Positions 10,801 through 17,283 of a stretch of 64,000 nucleotides of DNA are shown here, piece by piece (position 1 is the first letter of the stretch; every line of letters starts with the position of its first letter). The DNA is taken from positions 71,989-135,988 of the IMG/VR virus record IMGVR_UViG_3300037483_001478, one strand, 5' to 3'. Both the position numbers and the translations under genes were made by a program. Below the pieces are notes generated by a model, which did not search any database, was not told where the DNA came from, and was given only the letters and a program-made list of their open reading frames with translations. The stretch comes from a virus.

Positions 10801-11050
10801 CAACAAGAAACTTCCGGCGTCTGCTAAGCCGGTTATCGATGCCCCAGTCCTTAAGGGCGTGGAGCAACTACCCAAAGAGCTACAGTCCGACTGGTTGGCA
10901 CTGTTGCAGACCACGAAGTTGCGGTCTACGGTGGTAGACGCTGCTGCCCAGGGGTGGAAGAGCGTCCTTCATGGGACCCATCCAATCCCTGGTATGGCCT
11001 ATGCGAAAGAGTTCGGAGAGGGTACGCCAGAAGAGCCTTGGCTCTATTAG
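4844..11050 (+). CDS. rpoBC: Phage DNA-directed RNA polymerase, beta and beta' subunits fused in one 2068-aa polypeptide
   Basis: Beta motifs GYNFEDGIVIS and GDKIVGRHGNKG; beta' motifs VIGKRQDMSMRGTIVP, LKRDPVLHK, catalytic SADFDGD (8972-8992), trigger loop AAHSLGEPATQLAMKVFHEGG; no stop at the junction (~7800-7850). Confidence 0.95.
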   Translation: MTLFSPTEAHNQLRDRVASTIKSYFPVSGRNLELRANKVWVAEPEPGEAEDVEAQQNAKLRGQTWSDNVYAELELRDKATGKVIDRKAAVVGEVPKITRRYSYIVDGNEKQITNVLRLKPGVYSRIADDGTLKAQWNFAGKAFDLKFDPSSHKMLITPAGTTKNVPLYPILKAYGVDDDTLEKKWGKQILSVNKAQDSEKALKDFYMAFKGKAPPSNKDLKEGIRTFFDYVDLNPDSTKLTLGKPYTKVDGASLTDSATKLLSISRKTAEPDEREGLQFKEIVGIEDFVAESLNSFKSKKRIQGRLLNALRDKKTAKVSSLVSPNLFGRPINEVFTSSVAENATQTNPLMFISGHRQTTLVAPGYGGISKDQQISMADKSLHSSQIGFLDPLMTPESPRIGVNLQLATATRKEGKDLKTRVRDVKTGELKWIDAAEASASNVAFPDQYRSKGGKLVPASDSVKVVDGRGNIRSIAPKDVKYMYAHASGMFDVASNLIPFLQNNQGNRTMVASRQLGQAISLVEREEPLVQNYGPKVSIEKGVGGFAAARTGAGGTVEKVTPDAIIIRKENGEKAQVPLYNNFPLNEPTGHLSSNPLVKEGDKVKAGQVVSDTNFTKNGTLALGTNLKVAYTPFRGYNFEDGIVISETAAKKLTSDHLYRKGAVAGEGAILDKKRFLAHTAGNLTLDQAAKLGDDAIIKVGQVVRPGDVLIGLLKKETTRPEDQKIALLSKNMLNPVRAREVRWEQDIPGEVVRVHRLGDEVAVHVRALAPARIGDKIVGRHGNKGIISAVIPDQEMPSTKDGQPMEVLLNQSGVPSRINLGQVLETVASKIADKTGKPYVVNNFDPTVPDYARKVAAELEEHGLSDTEALFDPKTGKKMGDVLTGKQYILKLHHTADKGLIVRSRAGYSSDQIPQKGGPHGGQTMDAMGLYSLLAHGAKENIREFQALKGTRNDDFWHKLQAGDPIPPPDIPFAYKKLEGLLRGMGVDTVKTGNSLFLRPLTDKRTLEMSNGELTDAGRALKAKDAKPEKGGIFDPNATGTTSIERGLGDKWSHITLPARTLNPVFEKPAATLLGLTESQLENVLLGKEKIGDISGPRAVVDALRKVDASKREKELRDQLPTMRKTARNKAVKELKYLTALKEAGLTPKDAYTMKHLPVLPPTMRPATVLDNGSIQFDDVNRLYSYVGMMKSQLDTADASTPKDYLNDMESSMYDMVKGLSLQGYNSRGEYANTTQHRRSIAELVTGIRGRQQPKDGFFQNKVIGKRQDMSMRGTIVPEPSMSLDEVGIPRKAAEELYKPLVVRRMVQMGMTTLQAQDEIKRGSTLARSALETEVAERPILLKRDPVLHKYGVQAFRPKLVEGNIIKIHPLVTQGYSADFDGDKMSAFVPISDKAVAEAHKMLPSNNLFSPSTGLLMAKPQQEAIVGLYDLTKINPGKAQTFATAKEVVAAYSAGKLSVKDPIHLNSTDGAALDNVKLAAGTPTTLGRMLVYHALPEYARNQATLTDPNFRLTKGSVGDLLTQVAEKDKGSFGKVADRLKDLGNDQSTGMSIRLRDFFSDKESRDTEVAKAGKQEAKIRSSSMSVAEQNNAIVELYKKTADTVLAKAEKKIKASDNLMYDWVRSNARGNWNQFRQIAVAPFLVADSQNRPVPVPITKSYSEGLDIGSYWAAMHGARMGTIARVEGTAEPGVLSKRLMQATMNQVVTKNDCGTHNGVTLSVEDKDALNRFTARPIQLGARSGQDKGTIPAKSLVTPDLVNRLRNNKVMEVTVRSPLKCELSEGVCAICYGYNESGQLSDKGTNLGVIAAHSLGEPATQLAMKVFHEGGLVGSKATESTHMFERLQQLTSIPEKLPGVATLAHTEGPVEKVQRDAAGGWSVFIQGRRHYVPSSRDLLVSKGTIVKKGDPLSSGPKHPQEVLQLNGMPAVQQYLTDSLWDVYKNEGPVQRRNVETFVRAMTNTARVVDPGDHPVWMHNDTVPATAVAAYNKKLPASAKPVIDAPVLKGVEQLPKELQSDWLALLQTTKLRSTVVDAAAQGWKSVLHGTHPIPGMAYAKEFGEGTPEEPWLY

Positions 11051-11059
11051 GAGTTAGCC

Positions 11060-12172
11060 GTGCTTGGTATTCCTGAGAGCCGTTTCTTACCTGCCGTCGT
11101 GGAAACAGTGCGCATCATCAGCGTAAATGTGGAAACATGGACGGTAGACGCGATTTCCGAGTACGGTGAGAAGAAGTTCTACGCCATCCAAATCATGAGT
11201 CCCTACTTCCATTTTATGAACGGGGAAGGGATCTACACCATGCCAGAGGTGGGAGCGCTGGCATGGGTATGCAAGCCCAGCTCGGGCAGCAGGGCCGCCC
11301 CATTCCTTTTGGGGTTCCAAGCACCGTTTGATGAGACCAATGCTGGGTTTAGGGTAAATCGGCCGCCTATGAACCCGGGCGACATCATGATGCGCACCCG
11401 AGACGAAAATTTCATCACCCTTCGCCGCGGAGGGGTAGTTCAGATTGGGGCCAACCCCATTTCTCAGCGCATCTACCTTCCGATCCTCAACTACATCAAG
11501 GACTTCTGCGAGAACTACCAGCTATCTACTTTTGGGGGCGAGATCACTTGGACGACAGAAAGAGTCGACCAGTCGAGCGCAGGAGAAGTGGGTACCCGTT
11601 TTGCCCTCTTGGCTCGCGAGAAGGCCAGTGACCCCCAGCACATAGCCTCTTTGACGATTGGTTCTCATGGCGAGGATAGCGCTACTATACTGGACCTGAA
11701 GGTACTTGCGGCAGGAGCTCCGGGGGCCGTAGAGCAGGTGCGCCTTACCCTTGGCAAGGACGGGAACGTTACTTGGCAGGTTCAGGATTCTTGGGACCTA
11801 ACCGCGCAGGGGTCGGTAAGCGTAACAGCGCAAACTGGGAGCCTGAACCTCAGCAGCCCAGCGGGCGCTACGCAAATAGAGGCGGGAGAATCTGTAGACG
11901 TGAAAGCCGCTACCGACGTTTTGGTAGAAGCTGGAGGTACCAGCACCGACCGGGCCGCTCAGAAGATTGTTGATTCTCCGGTCATTCGATTGGGCAGTTC
12001 GGCGGCAAAGAATCCAGTAGTAAAGGGGTCTAACCTCGTAAGTTTTTTGGATCACCTCATTACAGCGATAGAGGCAATCCAAGCCCCCTCTGGTCCGGTA
12101 GTTGCTACTGCCGTAACGTTGTTGAGGGCCGAACTATCAACCTTGATTTCATCCGGTGTGTTCGTCGAGTAG
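11060..12172 (+). CDS. Baseplate central spike-like protein (gpV/gp5-type OB-fold plus beta-strand repeats)
   Basis: N-terminal OB-fold-like MPEVGALAWV...FLLGF; C-terminal short beta-repeats; ends with PVVKGSNL-type motif. Confidence 0.55.
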   Translation: MLGIPESRFLPAVVETVRIISVNVETWTVDAISEYGEKKFYAIQIMSPYFHFMNGEGIYTMPEVGALAWVCKPSSGSRAAPFLLGFQAPFDETNAGFRVNRPPMNPGDIMMRTRDENFITLRRGGVVQIGANPISQRIYLPILNYIKDFCENYQLSTFGGEITWTTERVDQSSAGEVGTRFALLAREKASDPQHIASLTIGSHGEDSATILDLKVLAAGAPGAVEQVRLTLGKDGNVTWQVQDSWDLTAQGSVSVTAQTGSLNLSSPAGATQIEAGESVDVKAATDVLVEAGGTSTDRAAQKIVDSPVIRLGSSAAKNPVVKGSNLVSFLDHLITAIEAIQAPSGPVVATAVTLLRAELSTLISSGVFVE

Positions 12173-12181
12173 GAGAGGTCA

Positions 12182-14167
12182 ATGCATTCTCAGCCTTTGT
12201 TTCTGGATTCTGCCCTGCTGTTCGAAGGGGCTGAAAAGCTGGCCGGTACTCTTACCCGGCTCAGTGACAATGTCGACACGTGGCCCCAAGAGGTTATTCA
12301 GGAGGCCTACAAGCAGGTACCTTACCTGAGCGACTTTGAGGCGAACGTCGTCCTCGACAAGATTGATGAGGAGCGCGGATTTGCTTTTGGGTCGGTCGAG
12401 GTGCGCCCCAAAACTGCCAAGACCCTCGAAGAGCAGCAGATGGCCGGAGGAGTCAAAGCGCACATCCCCATTATCGTCAAAGAACAGCTCCTGAGCCCCC
12501 TAGATGTGTTCATGGTGGGCAAGCAGTACCACCATCTCACTGAGGGCAAGCTGCGCTCGGCGCTGTTCCAGCCAGACTTCTTTGACGCAACGCGCATGCG
12601 GCCCTACGACCCTTCGCTTGTATACGACCTGCTACCTCCTACCAGGATGGGCGGCGGCATGGGCTCGGGGGTGAAGATGGGCTCGGCAGAGCTGCCCCTA
12701 CTGCCCATGCTGCATTACACCGTCAAGGCAGCGCACAGCGACCGTATGCGGGAGGCAATGCAGGACCCTTCAATCCTAGCGGCCGCTAGCGCTAGCCCTG
12801 AAGGAGTGAAGGCAGCGTTCTTGTCGGCAGCGGGTCTGCAGGTGTCTTCGCCCACAAAGATCGCCGAGGCTTTGTCTGAGCGAATCCGGCCCAATGTCGT
12901 CCAGATTACCAAGCTCGGTTCTCGGCGGGCCCTGGTCAAGTGGGCCAACACCGACATGTACGCGCCCCAGGAAGAGGAAATGCCTCTTTCCACAGCGATG
13001 GACATGATGGGGCAGGAAGACGAGGTCCAACAGCTCGATGCCGACGGCACGATTACCTTGTCCCCCAACCCTGTAGTCAAGAAGACGCTGGAGGCAGAAG
13101 AGGTTGATGTGGCCAAGTCCTTTGGCCTTTGGAAGGTACAAGACGTCACGGGAAATACGCTAGTAGGCTGGGTGTTCCCCAATCTCTTGTCGCTCGACAT
13201 GTCCTCCATGCCCCTGAGCTTATTCACCAATGGCTCTCAGTACGCCCTACAAGGCGACATAGCAGGAGTAGCCGCGGGCAAATCGACGGACATCCCAAAG
13301 GGCATACCGAGGGGGTACGGCGCGCTCTACTACATCGATCACGGTACAGCACGCTGCTTTGTGCCGATGACTGTCAACAACACGTACCGCGGCCCTGACG
13401 GCTTGGTGCGGTACATGGCTCAGACTGACCTCGGTGAGCACGTGATGTTCTCGTTTGCTGACGGCCTGAAGACCGTGGTCAAAACAGGAACAAATGAGTA
13501 CGCAGTACCTACTACCGTTAGCTGGCTGCCCCTTCGGGGACAAACCGAGCTCGTCGAGAACCCCATGGGGTTCTCGAAGGTGGCTAAGTTGACCAGTACG
13601 GTGGAGCTCATCAGCGATGGGGCAACTTGGTCGTACCGCGGGGCAGGGGTGGCGAAACTAGCCTCTTCTCAGACCAAGTTCCTTTCGCGACGCGACGCCG
13701 AGTTCATGGGAGCCTCCCTCGGAGTAGAGCGCTCCTTCTTGAAAGAAGCCCTAGATTCCTCCAAGCGCACAGGCCACCCGGTAGAGTTTGTGGGGGTACG
13801 CCCTATTACGCTGTTGCGGGACAAGCTGGCAGAGGCCAAGTTACAGGTGCAAGGTGACTTGGCCGACCTGCCGGTGCCCATCCACAACTACTTCCTGGTC
13901 AAGGAAGCTACGCTTCTCGATGACGCGCTTACCGCGGACAAGATCCTCGGCCTGGGCTTCATCAACGCCGAGAATGTGGGAACGTTTGTTGACATGCTGC
14001 CGGACCTCGAGCGCACTTCCACGAAGCTGGCGGAGCTCCTCATCGCAGTGCGTATCGGTTTGAAAGATGTCCCTGAAGTAGCGGTTGAGCGTATGCTCAA
14101 AGCCCTCGAGGATGTCATCGGGGGCTTGAGATCTTTGAAGCAACAAGAACAAGTGACCATGCAGTAG
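12182..14167 (+). CDS. Hypothetical virion-associated protein (661 aa)
   Basis: Long ORF with AGGAG RBS in the structural operon; contains EKLA and AKVAKL motifs. Confidence 0.75.
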   Translation: MHSQPLFLDSALLFEGAEKLAGTLTRLSDNVDTWPQEVIQEAYKQVPYLSDFEANVVLDKIDEERGFAFGSVEVRPKTAKTLEEQQMAGGVKAHIPIIVKEQLLSPLDVFMVGKQYHHLTEGKLRSALFQPDFFDATRMRPYDPSLVYDLLPPTRMGGGMGSGVKMGSAELPLLPMLHYTVKAAHSDRMREAMQDPSILAAASASPEGVKAAFLSAAGLQVSSPTKIAEALSERIRPNVVQITKLGSRRALVKWANTDMYAPQEEEMPLSTAMDMMGQEDEVQQLDADGTITLSPNPVVKKTLEAEEVDVAKSFGLWKVQDVTGNTLVGWVFPNLLSLDMSSMPLSLFTNGSQYALQGDIAGVAAGKSTDIPKGIPRGYGALYYIDHGTARCFVPMTVNNTYRGPDGLVRYMAQTDLGEHVMFSFADGLKTVVKTGTNEYAVPTTVSWLPLRGQTELVENPMGFSKVAKLTSTVELISDGATWSYRGAGVAKLASSQTKFLSRRDAEFMGASLGVERSFLKEALDSSKRTGHPVEFVGVRPITLLRDKLAEAKLQVQGDLADLPVPIHNYFLVKEATLLDDALTADKILGLGFINAENVGTFVDMLPDLERTSTKLAELLIAVRIGLKDVPEVAVERMLKALEDVIGGLRSLKQQEQVTMQ

Positions 14168-14176
14168 GAGTACCCT

Positions 14177-15100
14177 GTGGCCCACCCAAGCGAAAACTAC
14201 GTCAAGTACATGATCTTGCGCGGTTGGAGAGATCCTGAGCCCCCGGCACAGGATACTTTGTCGAGTAGCCTACAGTTGTTTGGCCTCCCTCCGCTCCTTG
14301 AGCACCAGTTTACAGCCCTCATGGCGAGTATGAAGCCGCCCGAGGACCTGGACCTTTCCGATCCCAAACACCGGGGTACCATCGACTACACCAAGCACTT
14401 GCGGATCTACTCGTTGTGGTTGCTAGATGAGGCGGCGACGCGGGTCCTCAAGGAGATCGTGGGTCATTCCCAGCTGATGCACATCATCAATGTCCTCTTG
14501 ATGGGGCGTCTTCCTTTGGACGTCATCTGCCAGAAGGTAGCTCTCAAGTTCCGACTGGTAGAGGAGGTCACTCCATCTATGCTGGAGGTATACCGCCACT
14601 ACTTTTGGAATTTTGACGCAGCAGGCTACCGCGAATGGGAGCAGATGCTGGCGGGCGACCCCTACAGGGATCGCTACCTCAGCAGCCTGTACTGCGGGGA
14701 AGACCAAGCCCTATTCCGCGCCGGGTTCACCCCTAAGGTCGACAACCTTGCGGCAATACGTGAGGCCTTTCGCCAGGTTTACTTCCGCTTGGAAGCGCTT
14801 CGAGGGCAGGATGATGAGGCCAGCGTCAGTCGCCTTGCCCGCTTGAGCCGGGAAGCCAGGGCGTTGTACGGCGTCTTGCAGGACAACGGCAGCGGGCTGA
14901 ACGAGCAGATGAAGGAGCTGAAACGCTTCTTGATGCTCAATCGGGTGCCTACCCTTGCTGAGATCGCTGCGATCGTCAACAAGGACATCGGGGGAAGCCA
15001 CAGCGGGGATTCTCAAGGGTCATACGTTATCCCCATGAAGGAGCTGGAGGACGACAATGAGCGGGATGAAGATACCGGAATGGGCCCGTACCTCACGTGA
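14177..15100 (+). CDS. Hypothetical protein (307 aa)
   Basis: GTG start with AGGAG RBS; co-linear in the operon. Confidence 0.75.
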   Translation: MAHPSENYVKYMILRGWRDPEPPAQDTLSSSLQLFGLPPLLEHQFTALMASMKPPEDLDLSDPKHRGTIDYTKHLRIYSLWLLDEAATRVLKEIVGHSQLMHIINVLLMGRLPLDVICQKVALKFRLVEEVTPSMLEVYRHYFWNFDAAGYREWEQMLAGDPYRDRYLSSLYCGEDQALFRAGFTPKVDNLAAIREAFRQVYFRLEALRGQDDEASVSRLARLSREARALYGVLQDNGSGLNEQMKELKRFLMLNRVPTLAEIAAIVNKDIGGSHSGDSQGSYVIPMKELEDDNERDEDTGMGPYLT

Positions 15101-15626
15101 CGATATGGTAGCGGCGGTCACAGGGTCGGCGGCGTGTGCCGTGGCGCGCGACCTCACTGCTGTGACCTGTTTCTCTACGCATTTTGCGGAGTACGAGGTA
15201 CGGGAGGATGACCTCTTGCTGCACTTTTTCCCCCGCAAAGGGGAAAACGACCGGTGGCGGGTAGGGCACTACACCAACCGGTGCCGCAATTGCCGGGCGG
15301 AGGTCTCCAAGCCTAGCAGCTCTAGGGAAATGAGAGCGTGCGACCGTTGTGGGCACATGGGGCTTGTTTATATCCCAGGCCGCAACGAAGAGCGCATCGA
15401 AGGGGCGTCGTTTCCTAAGAGCATGACTGCCCTCCTCAAGGCGGCGGTAGACACCGTATGGGCGGGCTCAGTGGCCATCGAGGAGGTTCCAGAAGTCAAG
15501 GCGTACGTTGTGCAGCTACAAGGAGCTCGTCGAGCAGCGGCGCTTGTGGGGTTGAGCACTTTCATAGATAACCTCTGCGAGGCGGTGGACCATGAGCTCG
15601 AATCCCACAGGAAAGTCAATGCCTAG
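15057..15626 (+). CDS. Hypothetical protein with CxxC...CxxC Zn ribbon
   Basis: CRNC and CDRC motifs; overlaps both neighbours. Confidence 0.65.
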   Translation: MSGMKIPEWARTSRDDMVAAVTGSAACAVARDLTAVTCFSTHFAEYEVREDDLLLHFFPRKGENDRWRVGHYTNRCRNCRAEVSKPSSSREMRACDRCGHMGLVYIPGRNEERIEGASFPKSMTALLKAAVDTVWAGSVAIEEVPEVKAYVVQLQGARRAAALVGLSTFIDNLCEAVDHELESHRKVNA

Positions 15627-17274
15627 CGAATTCTTTGCCCCCGGTCTGCCAGAGCGCAAGATTTCCCCTCTCCCGACAGTCAAGAAACCTCAGGTGTGGG
15701 AAATGTCGGCGCACCCCCATGAGGCTACGCGGGCAGGCCTTCACATCGATCTGCGGCTGGGGGACCCGGCCACAGGCATAGCCCACTCTTTCGTCTTGCC
15801 TAAGGCCGACGAGCTCCCCAAACCAGGGGAAGCCAAGCGAGTTATCCCTACCTACGACCACACCCTTCCGTATTTGGACTTCACAGGTCGTATCGAGTCA
15901 GAGTACGGGAAGGGGGTTGTGCGCGCGGGCAGGCGAGAGCAGGCTGATGTTTACCATGCTGACCCTACAGACCCTGCAAGCACCAAGCTGAGGTTCAATC
16001 TTTACGGCGGAACCAACCCGGAAGAGTTTGCAATCCGCAAAGACCAAAAAGGCCGGTGGTTTCTCCACAATAAAACCCAAACGCGAGAGAAGCGCCCAGA
16101 CCTGCCGGTGGGAAAGCCTACCTACAAGGAGACCGAGGTCGACAAGGTAGACCCTGATGACCCCGCCCAGGTGATGATGCCTAAGCTCGACGGCGCTCAC
16201 GTGCTGATCGACCTCAAAGCGGGCCGCTCACCTCGGGTCTTCTCGTACAGGGTAGCTAAAAAAGCCCCCACAGGTCTCATCGAGCACACGCACAAGCTCC
16301 CTGAGCTCCTGGAGAAGAAGGTACCCAAGGAGCTCGACGGACTTATTCTTCGGGGAGAGCTCCTTGGGATAGACAAGGACGGTAAGGCCATTCCTGCGGA
16401 GGTCATTGGGGGCTTGCTCAACTCGAAGGTGTGGGAGAGCCGGGACAAACAAAAGCGGGATGATATCAAGCTGCAGGTATTTCCTTTCAGCACGGTGAGT
16501 CGAAAGGGAGAGAACCTAGAGAATGCGGCGTACTCCGACAAGCTCAAGGTGTTGGAGTACGTCAGTAAGGTTCTTCCGGCCCTCAAAGTACCCGAGGTAG
16601 CCCGCACGCCGGAGCGCAAGAAGCAGTTGCTCGAGGAGATTGGGAAAGGGAAGCACCCTTTGACCACTGAAGGCGTGGTCCTAGTGGAACTCGACAAGCC
16701 CTCGACGCCCATCAAGGCCAAATACGCGCCCGACCACGATGTCTACATACGCGATGTGCACCCAGCCATCAGCGGCAAAACAGGGGAGCCGCACGGACGG
16801 GTAGGGTCTGTGAGCTACTCCTGGGGCCCCAATGGGCCTATCGTGGGGCAGTTTGGTGGCTTCAAGCACGACGTAGCTAAGGACATGCTCGAGAACCCCG
16901 ACAAGTATGTGGGCCGCGTGGCCAAAGTGAAGGCCATGAAGAAGTTTGAGAGCGGCGCCTTATTCCAGCCGCGCTTTGCTGGGTGGCATCTAGACAAGGG
17001 CGACTTGGAGAAAAACGCCATGTGGAAATCCTTTGAAGACGAGCTGCGGAAAATCGCGGCTCGCACTTACGGCCAAGACTTCCTGGGGGAAGAAGCTCTT
17101 GCAAGCATCAAAGGGTACAAAGGCTTGAAAGCCACAGGCGCTAGCCCTGAGGAGCTGCTGCAGGCTAAGAAGAATCTTGCAAAGGCATTTGGCACATACG
17201 CCTTGGGAGCGGCTTCGGACGTCATACCTGCTGCCGCGGCTTCTCGTGCCAAGCTCAAAGGATTAGCACGCTAG
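15619..17274 (+). CDS. ATP-dependent DNA ligase with N-terminal LigD-type 3'-phosphoesterase domain and an unrelated C-terminal tail
   Basis: HEATRAGLHIDLRL and AHSFVLPK (LigD PE-like); ligase motifs KLDG, LRGEL, EGVVL, KAK and OB-fold; ATG 15619 has an AGGAAAG RBS. Confidence 0.8.
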   Translation: MPSEFFAPGLPERKISPLPTVKKPQVWEMSAHPHEATRAGLHIDLRLGDPATGIAHSFVLPKADELPKPGEAKRVIPTYDHTLPYLDFTGRIESEYGKGVVRAGRREQADVYHADPTDPASTKLRFNLYGGTNPEEFAIRKDQKGRWFLHNKTQTREKRPDLPVGKPTYKETEVDKVDPDDPAQVMMPKLDGAHVLIDLKAGRSPRVFSYRVAKKAPTGLIEHTHKLPELLEKKVPKELDGLILRGELLGIDKDGKAIPAEVIGGLLNSKVWESRDKQKRDDIKLQVFPFSTVSRKGENLENAAYSDKLKVLEYVSKVLPALKVPEVARTPERKKQLLEEIGKGKHPLTTEGVVLVELDKPSTPIKAKYAPDHDVYIRDVHPAISGKTGEPHGRVGSVSYSWGPNGPIVGQFGGFKHDVAKDMLENPDKYVGRVAKVKAMKKFESGALFQPRFAGWHLDKGDLEKNAMWKSFEDELRKIAARTYGQDFLGEEALASIKGYKGLKATGASPEELLQAKKNLAKAFGTYALGAASDVIPAAAASRAKLKGLAR

Positions 17275-17283
17275 GAGAAGCGC

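Noticed and set aside
4844-11050. Window being a bacterial chromosome rpoBC locus
   Set aside because: No ribosomal-protein or rpoA context; flanked by portal, spike, terminase, capsid and sheath genes; the zinc finger and rifampicin pocket are highly divergent.
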